Assembly: GCA_028716665.1 (NCBI GenBank)
Contig: JAQUPP010000001.1
Coordinates: forward strand, 282,860-346,859
DNA: 64,000 nucleotides
Direction of reading: 5' to 3'
DNA from: Patescibacteria group bacterium
Lineage (GTDB): Bacteria > Patescibacteriota > Patescibacteriia > UBA2591 > JAQUPP01
In this document: piece by piece, positions 1-8,611 of the stretch
Layout: every line of letters begins with the position of its first letter
How positions within the stretch are numbered: position 1 is the stretch's first letter
Translations under genes and position numbers: made by a program
The notes under the pieces: generated by a model
Databases searched by the model: none
What the model saw: only the letters and a program-made list of their open reading frames with translations
Told to the model about the DNA's origin: nothing

Positions 1-828
1 AGTGTTCTAGCCGGACTTCAAGCATCTGAGCTGATTATTTTGGCCGCCAGACCTTCTATCGGAAAAAGCGCCTTGGCTCTTGATATTGCCAGACGCGCGG
101 CCGTTTATCATAAAATTCCGGTGGGAATTTTCAGTTTTGAAATGTCAAAAGATCAAATTTGCGACAGAATAATTTGCGCTCAAGCAGGGGTTAATCTTTG
201 GAAAATCAGAACAGGAAATATTGCCAAAGACGGCGACGGAGATTTTAAAAAATTGGGAGAAGCTTTCAGTGTTTTGGCTGAAACGCCTATTTTTATTGAT
301 GATTCGCCAACCGCGAGCGTGAATGAAATCAGAACAAAAGCCAGAAGATTGCAATCAGAACACGGACTCGGTTTATTGATTATAGATTATTTACAATTAA
401 TGGAAGGCGCCAGCGGTACTGAAAATCGTGTTCAAGAAGTTTCAGAAATTTCTCGAGCGCTTAAAGCTATTGCCCGTGAACTTAATATTCCGGTCTTGGC
501 TCTTTCTCAGCTTTCCCGCGCCACGGAAGCGAGAACTCCGGCTATTCCCAAATTGGCTGACTTAAGAGAAAGCGGCAGTTTGGAACAAGACGCTGACGTG
601 GTTCTCTTTATTTATCGGAAAGCAATGGATAAAAGCATTAAATTTTGTCCGCCTGAAGAAAAAAATGTTGCGGAAATTCATATTGGCAAACATCGTCACG
701 GCCCGGCCGGAGGAATTGTTAAATTATATTTTGAAGCGGAAACAGCCAGTTATAAAAATTTAGACAAAAAAATGTTAGATAATTTGGAAGGAGATAGCAG
801 TGATATTGAAGAATCAGGGCCATTCTAA
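1..828 (+). CDS. dnaB: replicative DNA helicase, C-terminal part (5' truncated by window)
   Basis: Walker A AARPSIGKS, IDYLQL, LSQLSR, DLRESGSLEQDAD; frame open from base 1. Confidence 0.97.
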   Translation, partial: SVLAGLQASELIILAARPSIGKSALALDIARRAAVYHKIPVGIFSFEMSKDQICDRIICAQAGVNLWKIRTGNIAKDGDGDFKKLGEAFSVLAETPIFIDDSPTASVNEIRTKARRLQSEHGLGLLIIDYLQLMEGASGTENRVQEVSEISRALKAIARELNIPVLALSQLSRATEARTPAIPKLADLRESGSLEQDADVVLFIYRKAMDKSIKFCPPEEKNVAEIHIGKHRHGPAGGIVKLYFEAETASYKNLDKKMLDNLEGDSSDIEESGPF

Positions 829-870
829 AGAGTTTTGTCTTCGGACGTTAAGTCGGAGCAACAAAACCTT

Positions 871-984
871 CCCCCTCCTTTATCCCAATGATAAATTTTC
901 GATAATCGTTAGGATAAAAGGCGAAGCCGCTTCGCTTACGGAATATTGTAAAATAAAAGGCTTTCGATGGAGTAAAGGAGGGGG
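871..984. repeat. MITE-like unit with 12-bp inverted ends and nested palindrome
   Basis: CCCCCTCCTTTA (871-882) / TAAAGGAGGGGG (973-984); internal GCGAAG-CCG-CTTCGC. Confidence 0.6.
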
Positions 985-1006
985 CGTAAATTTCGACAAA
1001 TTTAGT

Positions 1007-1615
1007 ATGTTCTACCCAAAAGACATAAAAAATTTAATTGAGGAATTCAGTAAATTCCCCGGCATAGGACCGAAGTCAGCTCAGCGGTTCGTTTTTTATT
1101 TATTAAGAAAAAGTCCGGAAGATATAAAAAAATTGATTTTGAGTCTTGAAGGAATTAAAAATATTCACATTTGCAGCGTTTGCGGAAATTTTTCCGATCA
1201 AAATATTTGTTCCATTTGCCAAGATAAAAATCGCGATCATTCGGTGGTGGCGGTCATTGCCGAGCCGCAAGATTTAATGGCCATAGAAAAAACAGGAGAA
1301 TATCAAGGAACTTATCACGTTCTTGGCGGCTTGATTGACATGATTGAAAACAAAAGTCCGGAACAAATTAAAATAAAAGAATTATTGACAAGATTGAAAA
1401 ATTCTCCGATTAAAGAATTAATTTTTGCTTTAAACGCCACCATAGAAGGCGAAAGCACAATACTTTATATTACTAATTTAATCAAGGAAGATAAAATTTT
1501 AAGCAGTAAAATAAAACTAACCAGAATAGCGCGCGGCTTGCCTTTGGGAGGAGAACTAGAATATGCGGACGAAATTACTTTAACCGAAGCGCTAAAAGGA
1601 AGAAGGGGAGTTTAA
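1007..1615 (+). CDS. recR: recombination mediator RecR
   Basis: PGIGPKSAQR HhH, C4 zinc finger, Toprim, YADEITL; start moved to ATG 1007. Confidence 0.96.
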   Translation: MFYPKDIKNLIEEFSKFPGIGPKSAQRFVFYLLRKSPEDIKKLILSLEGIKNIHICSVCGNFSDQNICSICQDKNRDHSVVAVIAEPQDLMAIEKTGEYQGTYHVLGGLIDMIENKSPEQIKIKELLTRLKNSPIKELIFALNATIEGESTILYITNLIKEDKILSSKIKLTRIARGLPLGGELEYADEITLTEALKGRRGV

Positions 1616-1643
1616 AAAATATGATAGGCGTATAACTATAGGA

Positions 1644-1672
1644 TTGACAAAAAGTTTAAAATTTGCTACAAT
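1644..1672 (+). promoter_or_regulatory. sigma70-type promoter with extended -10
   Basis: TTGACA-17-TACAAT with TG at -15/-14. Confidence 0.7.
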
Positions 1673-1744
1673 TTTAGAGTAAAATAGAAGCACAAATTAA
1701 AGGTTAAAGATATCATTAAATTTTTAAAAGTAAATAAAAAATAT

Positions 1745-2581
1745 ATGGAAAAAAATCATTTAATCCATAAAGAATTTACTAATAACATTGAAGGTGGTGG
1801 GAATGTTAAAAAAAATGTTAAAGAAGAAGCAAAAGGATATGATTTAGAAAGAGACAAGTTGTTGGCAGCAATAGAAAAAGATGAGTTCGCCCTTATGGAT
1901 GTCTCGGCTGAACTTAGAAATGATAAAGAAGTTATTTTGGCAGCAATAAAACAAGATAGTCAGGCTCTTCAACATGCCTCAAAGGAACTTAGGAATGATA
2001 AAGAATTTATTTTAGCGGCAATAAAAGCAGATGGCCCTTCTAAGCGTTATATTCTTCAATATGCCTCAGAGGAACTTAAAAATGACAAAGATATTGTTTT
2101 GGCAGCAGTGAAACAAGATAGTAGGGCTCTTGAATATTCTTCAGATGAATTTAGAAATGATAAAGAAATTATTTTAGCGGTAATAAAAGCAAGAGCAGCT
2201 AATTTTTCTAACTCTTCTGACGATTTGGGTCTTGGATATGCCTCAGAGGAACTTAAAAATGACAAAGATATTGTTTTGGCAGCAGTGAAACAAGATGGCC
2301 ATGCTCTTCAATATGCCTCAGAGGAACTTAAAAATGACAAAGATATTGTTTTGGCAGCAATAAAACAAGACTACTATGCCTTTGAACATGCCTCAAAGGA
2401 ACTTAGGAGTGATAAAAAATTTGTTTTGGCAGCAATGACAAAAACAGTCAATACCTTTCTATATGCCTCAGAGGAACTTAGGAATGATAAAGAAGTTATT
2501 TTGGCGGCAGAGAAATGTGGCTACCCGACGGATGACGAAAGGACAAAGCACAATTTAGATGATGGCCTCTATGGATATTAG
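1745..2581 (+). CDS. DUF4116-like tandem repeat protein
   Basis: about 25-aa repeats ALQYASEELKNDKDIVLAAVKQD; near-identical DNA copies near 2059, 2236 and 2311. Confidence 0.85.
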   Translation: MEKNHLIHKEFTNNIEGGGNVKKNVKEEAKGYDLERDKLLAAIEKDEFALMDVSAELRNDKEVILAAIKQDSQALQHASKELRNDKEFILAAIKADGPSKRYILQYASEELKNDKDIVLAAVKQDSRALEYSSDEFRNDKEIILAVIKARAANFSNSSDDLGLGYASEELKNDKDIVLAAVKQDGHALQYASEELKNDKDIVLAAIKQDYYAFEHASKELRSDKKFVLAAMTKTVNTFLYASEELRNDKEVILAAEKCGYPTDDERTKHNLDDGLYGY

Positions 2582-2741
2582 AATAATAAAGAAATTATTT
2601 TAGCGGCGGTGAGAGAAAATCCAGACGCTATTATTGAAGCTTCTATAGAAATACAAGATAAATTAAAAATTATTTAAGTAGACTGGATGACTACTTAGCA
2701 TTTATGCTTCAATTTTGTTCCGATCCGCTAGCTGGCGTCTT

Positions 2742-2777
2742 AAAGAATCCCAACGTTTTGCGTTGGGATTCTTTTTT
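2742..2777 (+). terminator. intrinsic terminator
   Basis: AAAGAATCCCAACG/CGTTGGGATTCTTT stem followed by T tract. Confidence 0.8.
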
Positions 2778-2832
2778 GTGATTAATTTTATTAGTTGACA
2801 TAATGCTTTTTTTCTTGTATTATGAAATCAAG

Positions 2833-3795
2833 ATGACAATTGCTTCTATCAATAATCAAAAAGAATGGGACGATTTTGTTCTCTTAAACGGAGAACAATT
2901 TTTACAATCTTGGCAATGGGGAGAATTCCAAAAAAATCTCGGCCGAAAAATTTGGCGTATGGCTGTTTACGAAGGCAATGAAATTATCGCCGCCGCTTTA
3001 ATCATAAAATATCAATTGCCATTTAATAAAAATTATTTTTATTCTCCGCGCGGGCCAATACTGAAAGAATCTGGAATATGGAATTTAGAATATGGAATAT
3101 TATTGGAAAAAATAAAAGAATTGGCTAAGCAAGAAAATGCGATTTTTTGGCGAATTGAGTCTCCAAATTCCAAATTCTATATTCCAAATTCTAAGCGGAT
3201 TTCTGATGTCCAACCGTCAAAAACAGTGATTCTGGATTTAAAAAAGACAAGTGATGAAATTTTTACCAAAATGCATTCTAAAACCAGATATAATATTCGT
3301 TTAGCCGAAAAACAAGGCGTAAAAATATATGAAAAAACAGGAGAAGGAGCGGAAGTTTTTTTAAAACTTCTTAAAGAAACTTCTCTGCGCGATCAATTCA
3401 GGGCGCACCCGGATAATTATTATTCTCATCTTTTGAATTTTAATCCGCAATTTGTCAGATTGTACGTGGCCGAATATGAAAATAAAATTTTGGCAGCCAA
3501 TTTGATGATTTTCTCTTCAAAAACGGTGACTTATCTTCACGGCGCTTCTTCAAATCTTCATCGCAATGTGATGGCACCTTATCTTTTGCATTGGTTTATT
3601 ATTCAGGAAGCTGTTAAAAACGGTTATTTTTATTATGATTTTTGGGGAATAGACGAAAAAAAATGGCCGGGTGTAACTCGTTTTAAAAAAGGATTTAACG
3701 GTGAAGAAGTTATTTATCCGGGAACTTTTGATTTACCATTTTCTAATTTTTGGTACACTATATATAGGGTCGGAAGGGTAGTAAAAAAGATATAA
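2833..3795 (+). CDS. FemAB/FemX-family lipid II aminoacyltransferase
   Basis: FLQSWQWG, YSPRGP, KTRYNIRLA, YDFWG, FKKGF motifs. Confidence 0.9.
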   Translation: MTIASINNQKEWDDFVLLNGEQFLQSWQWGEFQKNLGRKIWRMAVYEGNEIIAAALIIKYQLPFNKNYFYSPRGPILKESGIWNLEYGILLEKIKELAKQENAIFWRIESPNSKFYIPNSKRISDVQPSKTVILDLKKTSDEIFTKMHSKTRYNIRLAEKQGVKIYEKTGEGAEVFLKLLKETSLRDQFRAHPDNYYSHLLNFNPQFVRLYVAEYENKILAANLMIFSSKTVTYLHGASSNLHRNVMAPYLLHWFIIQEAVKNGYFYYDFWGIDEKKWPGVTRFKKGFNGEEVIYPGTFDLPFSNFWYTIYRVGRVVKKI

Positions 3796-3802
3796 ATTAA
3801 AC

Positions 3803-3900
3803 AGTTTTTGGTTATTAGTTCTTAGTTTTAGTTTATTAGTTTCCAGTTTCAAAATGAATAACCAAATAACCATAACCGTCAACTAAAAACTACAAACTAT
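3803..3900. repeat. gene-less inverted heptamer array pair
   Basis: TTAGTTT-like units followed by AAACTAA-like units. Confidence 0.65.
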
Positions 3901-3901
3901 T

Positions 3902-4807
3902 ATGGTCTCCTTGCTTCTGTCAATAATTATCGGTTTTTTTCCATCAAATAATTTGAGTAATTTTAATTTTTTAAAAGACGCAGTTAAAACACCGGTTAAT
4001 ATTTCCGAGTTTCCTTATTCATTCGGTCCAAAATTAACGGCCAAGAGTGCCATTGTTATAGATGTTGATTCGGGTAAAGTTCTATTTGAAAAAAATTCTG
4101 AAGAAAAATTGCCCATTGCCAGTATTACCAAATTGATGACTGCCTTGGTTTTTTTGGAAAATAAAACAAAAACTTGGAATGATACGATAGAAGTAAAAAA
4201 AGAAGATTCGGTGGGAAGTGGAGGATTGTCAAATCAACTCGAACCGGCAAGTTTGGCGGTCAAAGAAGGAGATATTTTAACAGTTAAAGATATTTTTTAC
4301 GGAGGACTGATAAAATCAGCCAATAATGCCATGAAAATTTTAGCTCGCGTAGTATCAAATGACAGCGGAAAAAATTTTATTGACTTAATGAATAATAAAG
4401 CGCAAGATTTATCAATGCTTAACACGCACTTTGAAGAACCGACCGGACTTGATCCGAAAAATTATTCTACGGCTCGAGATTTGGCAAAATTAATTGTTGA
4501 AGCAATGGAGAGGTCGGAAATCAGAGAAGCGCTTGAAAAAAAAGATTATGATGTTCAAATAATAAAATCGGATAAATCTTTGACTCATCTTCATATTCAA
4601 AACACTGACAAATTGCTGGGAAGTTTTATCAATATTAAAGGAGCTAAAACCGGTTATATTAATGAAAGTGATTATTGTTTAGCCGCTTTAAGCCAAATAG
4701 ACAATCATAATTTGGCAGTAATAATTTTGGGGGCAAAAACAAGTGAAAATAGATTTCAAGAAGCAAAAAGTTTAATTTTTTGGGCTAATCAACAATTGAA
4801 CAAATAA
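3902..4807 (+). CDS. D-alanyl-D-alanine carboxypeptidase (peptidase S11)
   Basis: SITK (SxxK), SAN (SxN), KTG motifs; N-terminal hydrophobic segment. Confidence 0.92.
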   Translation: MVSLLLSIIIGFFPSNNLSNFNFLKDAVKTPVNISEFPYSFGPKLTAKSAIVIDVDSGKVLFEKNSEEKLPIASITKLMTALVFLENKTKTWNDTIEVKKEDSVGSGGLSNQLEPASLAVKEGDILTVKDIFYGGLIKSANNAMKILARVVSNDSGKNFIDLMNNKAQDLSMLNTHFEEPTGLDPKNYSTARDLAKLIVEAMERSEIREALEKKDYDVQIIKSDKSLTHLHIQNTDKLLGSFINIKGAKTGYINESDYCLAALSQIDNHNLAVIILGAKTSENRFQEAKSLIFWANQQLNK

Positions 4808-4827
4808 ACAAATAATTTTAAATATAT

Positions 4828-5643
4828 ATGAAACGTCCGATTGTCATCGCTAATTGGAAAATGCAACTGGGATTAAAGGAAGGAGAGTCCTTAATGGATG
4901 ACATTTTGAATCGTCTTGGAAAAATAAAAACAATTGCGGAAAAAGTTGATATTATTTTTTGTCCGCCATTTTTTGCCTTGGAATCTATTTCAAAAAAATT
5001 AAAAGGCAGCTTCTCTTTGCTTAACAGAAAAAATCAAATGACTAATTTATTTTTGGGAGCACAGGATTGTTTTTGGGAGCATAAAGGAGCTTTTACCGGA
5101 GAAATTTCTCCTGATCAATTAAAAGAATTAGGTTGTCAATATGTTATTATCGGCCATTCGGAGCGCAGACAGAATTTGGGAGAAACCGATGAAATGGTTC
5201 ATCACAAAATAAAAACAGTTTTGGAAAGCGAATTAACTCCGATTCTTTGTGTTGGCGAGACTTTTGAAGAACGTCAAAATGGAGCCAAAGATTACGTGAT
5301 TATCAATCAAGTTACCAGAGCTCTAGAGGGAAATGTTTTAAAAGCGGATCAGGAAATAATTGTCGCTTACGAACCGATTTGGGTTATTGGCAGCGGCCAA
5401 GTCGTGACCCAAGAAGAAGCCCAATACACAAATCAAGTTATTCAACAAAGAATGATTGATTTTTATCCTTTACCGTTAATAAAAAATAACATTCGTTTAC
5501 TTTACGGCGGCGGAATTGACTCAACAAATGTCGGTCAATTTATTGAGAAAGACATTATTGACGGAATTTTAGTCGGCAATACGAGTTTAAAAGCGGAAGA
5601 ATTCGTTAAAATGATTGAGGCTATCGGTCTTAAAACTAAATAA
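4828..5643 (+). CDS. tpiA: triosephosphate isomerase
   Basis: ANWKM, GAFTGEIS, IGHSERR, AYEPIW. Confidence 0.96.
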   Translation: MKRPIVIANWKMQLGLKEGESLMDDILNRLGKIKTIAEKVDIIFCPPFFALESISKKLKGSFSLLNRKNQMTNLFLGAQDCFWEHKGAFTGEISPDQLKELGCQYVIIGHSERRQNLGETDEMVHHKIKTVLESELTPILCVGETFEERQNGAKDYVIINQVTRALEGNVLKADQEIIVAYEPIWVIGSGQVVTQEEAQYTNQVIQQRMIDFYPLPLIKNNIRLLYGGGIDSTNVGQFIEKDIIDGILVGNTSLKAEEFVKMIEAIGLKTK

Positions 5644-5658
5644 TAATTTAAATTTCAA

Positions 5659-5967
5659 ATGTTAATCAATATTATTCTCTTCATTATTTTTATATTTTCT
5701 CTCGGAGGCATTATTTTTATAATTAAACCGAAATTGCCCTTGATATCCAATCTTGATTTATCTCAAGTCCCCCAGGAAAAAATTGCTCAAGTTAAAAAAG
5801 ATCTTTTAGATAAAAAAATAGACAGGCAAATTATTGAAGTGGTGTATAGGCTTAGAATAAAAAGAGATAATTTGAAAATAAACACGAAAAATGTTTTTTG
5901 GAAACTGAAAAATTTATCATCAAAAATTGCCTTCAAGGCCCTTGCTTTTTTTAGAAAAAAGAAGTAG
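5659..5967 (+). CDS. hypothetical membrane-anchored protein
   Basis: N-terminal TM helix, operon position after tpiA. Confidence 0.65.
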   Translation: MLINIILFIIFIFSLGGIIFIIKPKLPLISNLDLSQVPQEKIAQVKKDLLDKKIDRQIIEVVYRLRIKRDNLKINTKNVFWKLKNLSSKIAFKALAFFRKKK

Positions 5968-5992
5968 AATATTTAAAATAGTTATCCGATTT

Positions 5993-6064
5993 GCCCAAGT
6001 AGCTCAGTGGTAGAGCAACTCCATGGTAAGGAGTAGGTCGTCGGTTCAATCCCGACCTTGGGCT
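5993..6064 (+). tRNA. tRNA-Thr(GGT)
   Basis: acceptor GCCCAAG/CTTGGGC, anticodon stem ACTCC/GGAGT with loop ATGGTAA, T loop TTCAATC. Confidence 0.95.
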
Positions 6065-6069
6065 TTTTT

Positions 6070-6152
6070 GGGTGGGTAGCAAAGTAGTCAAATGCGGCAG
6101 ACTGTAAATCTGCTGGCTTCGGTCTTCGTAGGTGCAAATCCTACCCCACCCA
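6070..6152 (+). tRNA. tRNA-Tyr(GTA)
   Basis: acceptor GGGTGGG/CCCACCC, GCAGA-CTGTAAA-TCTGC, long variable arm. Confidence 0.93.
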
Positions 6153-6156
6153 CTTT

Positions 6157-6222
6157 GCCGTCCTAGCTCAACTCCGACGTTTTAGAGTCGGAGTCCCGAC
6201 CTCCAATGGAGCGTCGGGATGG
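6157..6222 (+). pseudogene. tRNA-Thr 5' fragment interrupted by a 48-bp double-hairpin element
   Basis: GCCGTCCTAGCTCAA identical to 6253-6267, then element 6172-6219, then TGG. Confidence 0.75.
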
Positions 6223-6252
6223 ACAGGAAATTTATTATGATTTAAATTTTTT

Positions 6253-6324
6253 GCCGTCCTAGCTCAATGGTAGAGCAACAGTTTTGTAAACTGTAGGTTC
6301 TCGGTCCGATCCCGAGGGACGGCT
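6253..6324 (+). tRNA. tRNA-Thr(TGT)
   Basis: acceptor GCCGTCC/GGACGGC, ACAGT-TTTGTAA-ACTGT; variant T loop TCCGATC. Confidence 0.92.
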
Positions 6325-6367
6325 TATAAATAATTTTTTAATTTTATTTAATTGTTAATTCAAATAT

Positions 6368-6523
6368 ATGTCTCAAGAAAATTTGATTAAATTAGAATGT
6401 ACAGAGTGCCACAAGATAAACTATTATTCTAAAAAGAATAAAAAGACAATTAAGGAACGTCTTCAATTGAAAAAATATTGCCGTTCTTGCCGAAAACACG
6501 TTTTGCACAAAGAAACGAAATAG
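6368..6523 (+). CDS. rpmG: 50S ribosomal protein L33 (zinc-binding form), missed by ORF track
   Basis: translated by hand: [51 protein letters not shown]. Confidence 0.95.
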   Translation: MSQENLIKLECTECHKINYYSKKNKKTIKERLQLKKYCRSCRKHVLHKETK

Positions 6524-6563
6524 TAGTTTTATTTAATGGTAAAATAAACCCCGCCAGAGCTTT

Positions 6564-6634
6564 GGGGGTGTCGTTCAATGGTAGAATAGCGGTCTCCAAA
6601 ACCGTTGATGAGGGTTCGATTCCTTCCACCCCCG
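6564..6634 (+). tRNA. tRNA-Trp(CCA)
   Basis: acceptor GGGGGTG/CACCCCC, GCGGT-CTCCAAA-ACCGT, GGTTCGATTCC. Confidence 0.95.
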
Positions 6635-6696
6635 TGGCATTGGCGGGTAATTATTATCGGAAATATAATTTCTTTTATTTCCGTTTTTATTTTTTC

Positions 6697-6724
6697 TTGA
6701 CAAATTCTGATAAAATGTTATAGT
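6697..6724 (+). promoter_or_regulatory. sigma70-type promoter
   Basis: TTGACA-16-TATAGT with TG. Confidence 0.6.
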
Positions 6725-6922
6725 TTCAATAACTAAAACAACCCACGCAGCAAATCCGAATAAAATTTTTAAAAATAGAAAGCCATTTGCGCGGTACACG
6801 CCTTCGGCTTCATCTATTTTAAAAAATAGTTTATTAATTGATTTGTACGGGGTGCTCCAATTTGTAGCGAAATTTTTAAAAGAAAAAATTTCGAAAAATT
6901 GGGCAAAATAGGAGGTATTTTT

Positions 6923-7621
6923 ATGAAAAGAAAGGAAATTGTAGTTTTAAGTTTAGGAGGATCAATTATCCTCACTAAAGAAGGTCGGCCGGACATTCCC
7001 TTTTTAAAAAGTTTCAAGGAATTAATTGAAACTGAAATTAAAAAAGGGAAACAGTTTATTATTGTTACCGGCGGTGGATCACTTTGCCGTATTCTTAATG
7101 AAGAAATGGCAAAAGATTTCTCCGTTTCTCCGGAAAATTTGGATTGGTTGGGTATTAGCGTCACCAGAGTTAACGCTCAATTAATAAAAATTGTTTTTGG
7201 CGATTTGGTGATGCCGGAAGTAGTTACTGACCCGACAAAGAAAATTGTTTTTAACAAAAAAATTCTTTTGTCCGGCGGTTGGAAACCGGGCCGATCCACT
7301 GATTTTGTGGCGACAAAATTAGCCGAGGTTTATGAGGCAAATACGGTAATAAATCTGAGCAATACTGATTATGTTTATGACAAAGATCCGCGGAAATTTT
7401 CTGACGCTCAGCCAATTAAAAAAATTAATTGGAGCCGTTTTCGCAAGGAAATTGTTGGCACAAAATGGGTGCCGGGTTTAAATAAGCCTTTTGACCCAAT
7501 TGCCAGTAAATTGGCAGAGAAATTAGGCCTTACAGTCGCTTGTTTAAAGGGGACTGATCTCCAGAATTTAGCCAATTTTTTGGAAGGAAGACCTTTCAAC
7601 GGCACAGTAATTGAAAAATAA
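6923..7621 (+). CDS. pyrH: UMP kinase (archaeal-like type)
   Basis: LSLGGS, VTGGG, GWKPGRSTD, VYDKDP, PFDPIA; SD AGGAGGT before ATG 6923. Confidence 0.92.
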   Translation: MKRKEIVVLSLGGSIILTKEGRPDIPFLKSFKELIETEIKKGKQFIIVTGGGSLCRILNEEMAKDFSVSPENLDWLGISVTRVNAQLIKIVFGDLVMPEVVTDPTKKIVFNKKILLSGGWKPGRSTDFVATKLAEVYEANTVINLSNTDYVYDKDPRKFSDAQPIKKINWSRFRKEIVGTKWVPGLNKPFDPIASKLAEKLGLTVACLKGTDLQNLANFLEGRPFNGTVIEK

Positions 7622-7631
7622 AAATTAAAAC

Positions 7632-7663
7632 AAAAGAGGCGGTCATCAAAACCGCCTCTTTTT
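7632..7663. terminator. bidirectional intrinsic terminator
   Basis: AAAAGAGGCGGT/ACCGCCTCTTTT. Confidence 0.85.
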
Positions 7664-7666
7664 CTA

Positions 7667-7695
7667 TTGACAAAACCCAAAAAATATGCTATTAT
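7667..7695 (+). promoter_or_regulatory. sigma70-type promoter with extended -10
   Basis: TTGACA-17-TATTAT with TG. Confidence 0.65.
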
Positions 7696-7733
7696 TTAAA
7701 CATAATAACCGTTCTTAAAAAAGGGAGGGGAAA

Positions 7734-8363
7734 ATGTTTAATCAGATATTACTAATAGTGAAAATAGCAGCACTAGTGGTTGTTGTGAGCTGTTGGATTG
7801 TATGTGTTGTGGCAAGGAACAACAAAAGTATAAGTTGGAAGGTCTGCATAATTGCCATAGGTACGTCGGTTGCTACTACTGTTATGATGAGTATTTTTGA
7901 GTTTAAACATGGCGATAAGGTGGGGTTTTGCTTTTTAATAGCTTGGACAGTTCTTTTTTTGTTCTTTTTTAAGATGAGTATATTAAAACTTAAAAAGATT
8001 AAAGAAGCTAATCTTATTGGATCTACTAAAACAGGTATAATTCCAAGTTTATATGAGGGAGACACTCTGACGTATAACCTTAAGGGACTTGATCTTCCGA
8101 GACAAGAGGGTGAGTCAGATTGGGAATACCGTCAACGGGTTTTCCCCGAGTTGTACTTCAAAAAGGGATTTACTGTGGCTATTTCAATGCTTATGGGTTG
8201 CAGTGTAACGGAGCTAAGTGACACAGAAAAGATGGTTCTTCTTTCCTCTATGCCCAATGAACCTGAGAACATGAATAGTCATGGGAGGAAGCAGTTTCTT
8301 TTCCAGCTTAAGAATTTCGCTCGAGGTTTTTCAGAAGACCCGCTTAAAACTCGCTCAAAATAA
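7734..8363 (+). CDS. hypothetical membrane protein (3 TM)
   Basis: own promoter, SD and downstream hairpin; three hydrophobic segments. Confidence 0.7.
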   Translation: MFNQILLIVKIAALVVVVSCWIVCVVARNNKSISWKVCIIAIGTSVATTVMMSIFEFKHGDKVGFCFLIAWTVLFLFFFKMSILKLKKIKEANLIGSTKTGIIPSLYEGDTLTYNLKGLDLPRQEGESDWEYRQRVFPELYFKKGFTVAISMLMGCSVTELSDTEKMVLLSSMPNEPENMNSHGRKQFLFQLKNFARGFSEDPLKTRSK

Positions 8364-8611
8364 TAAGTAAATAATCAGGAGCCTTTCTATACATAATGGA
8401 AGGCTCCTTTTGCATTTGGAAAAAAGTTTCAAGATAAATGTAGATATAGATATTTTCATAAAGAAGTATAGAAAATAAATTACTAATTTTAATAAAAATA
8501 AAAATCTATTTATTACGAGTTCTTATTACTTTTTTAAAAAGTAATGTAGGTGTTGACTTTAAGAAAAAAAATAGTATAATTAAAATAAATATTAATTTAG
8601 AATTCTAATTT

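Noticed and set aside
800-1006. N-terminal extension of RecR in the ORF track
   Set aside because: It runs through palindromic intergenic DNA; RecR homology begins at ATG 1007.
1900-2520. CRISPR array
   Set aside because: The repeats are in-frame protein repeats of 75-nt period without unique spacers; no cas genes.
6478-6799. ORFs 6478-6723 (+) and 6575-6799 (-)
   Set aside because: They overlap rpmG and tRNA-Trp; shadow ORFs.
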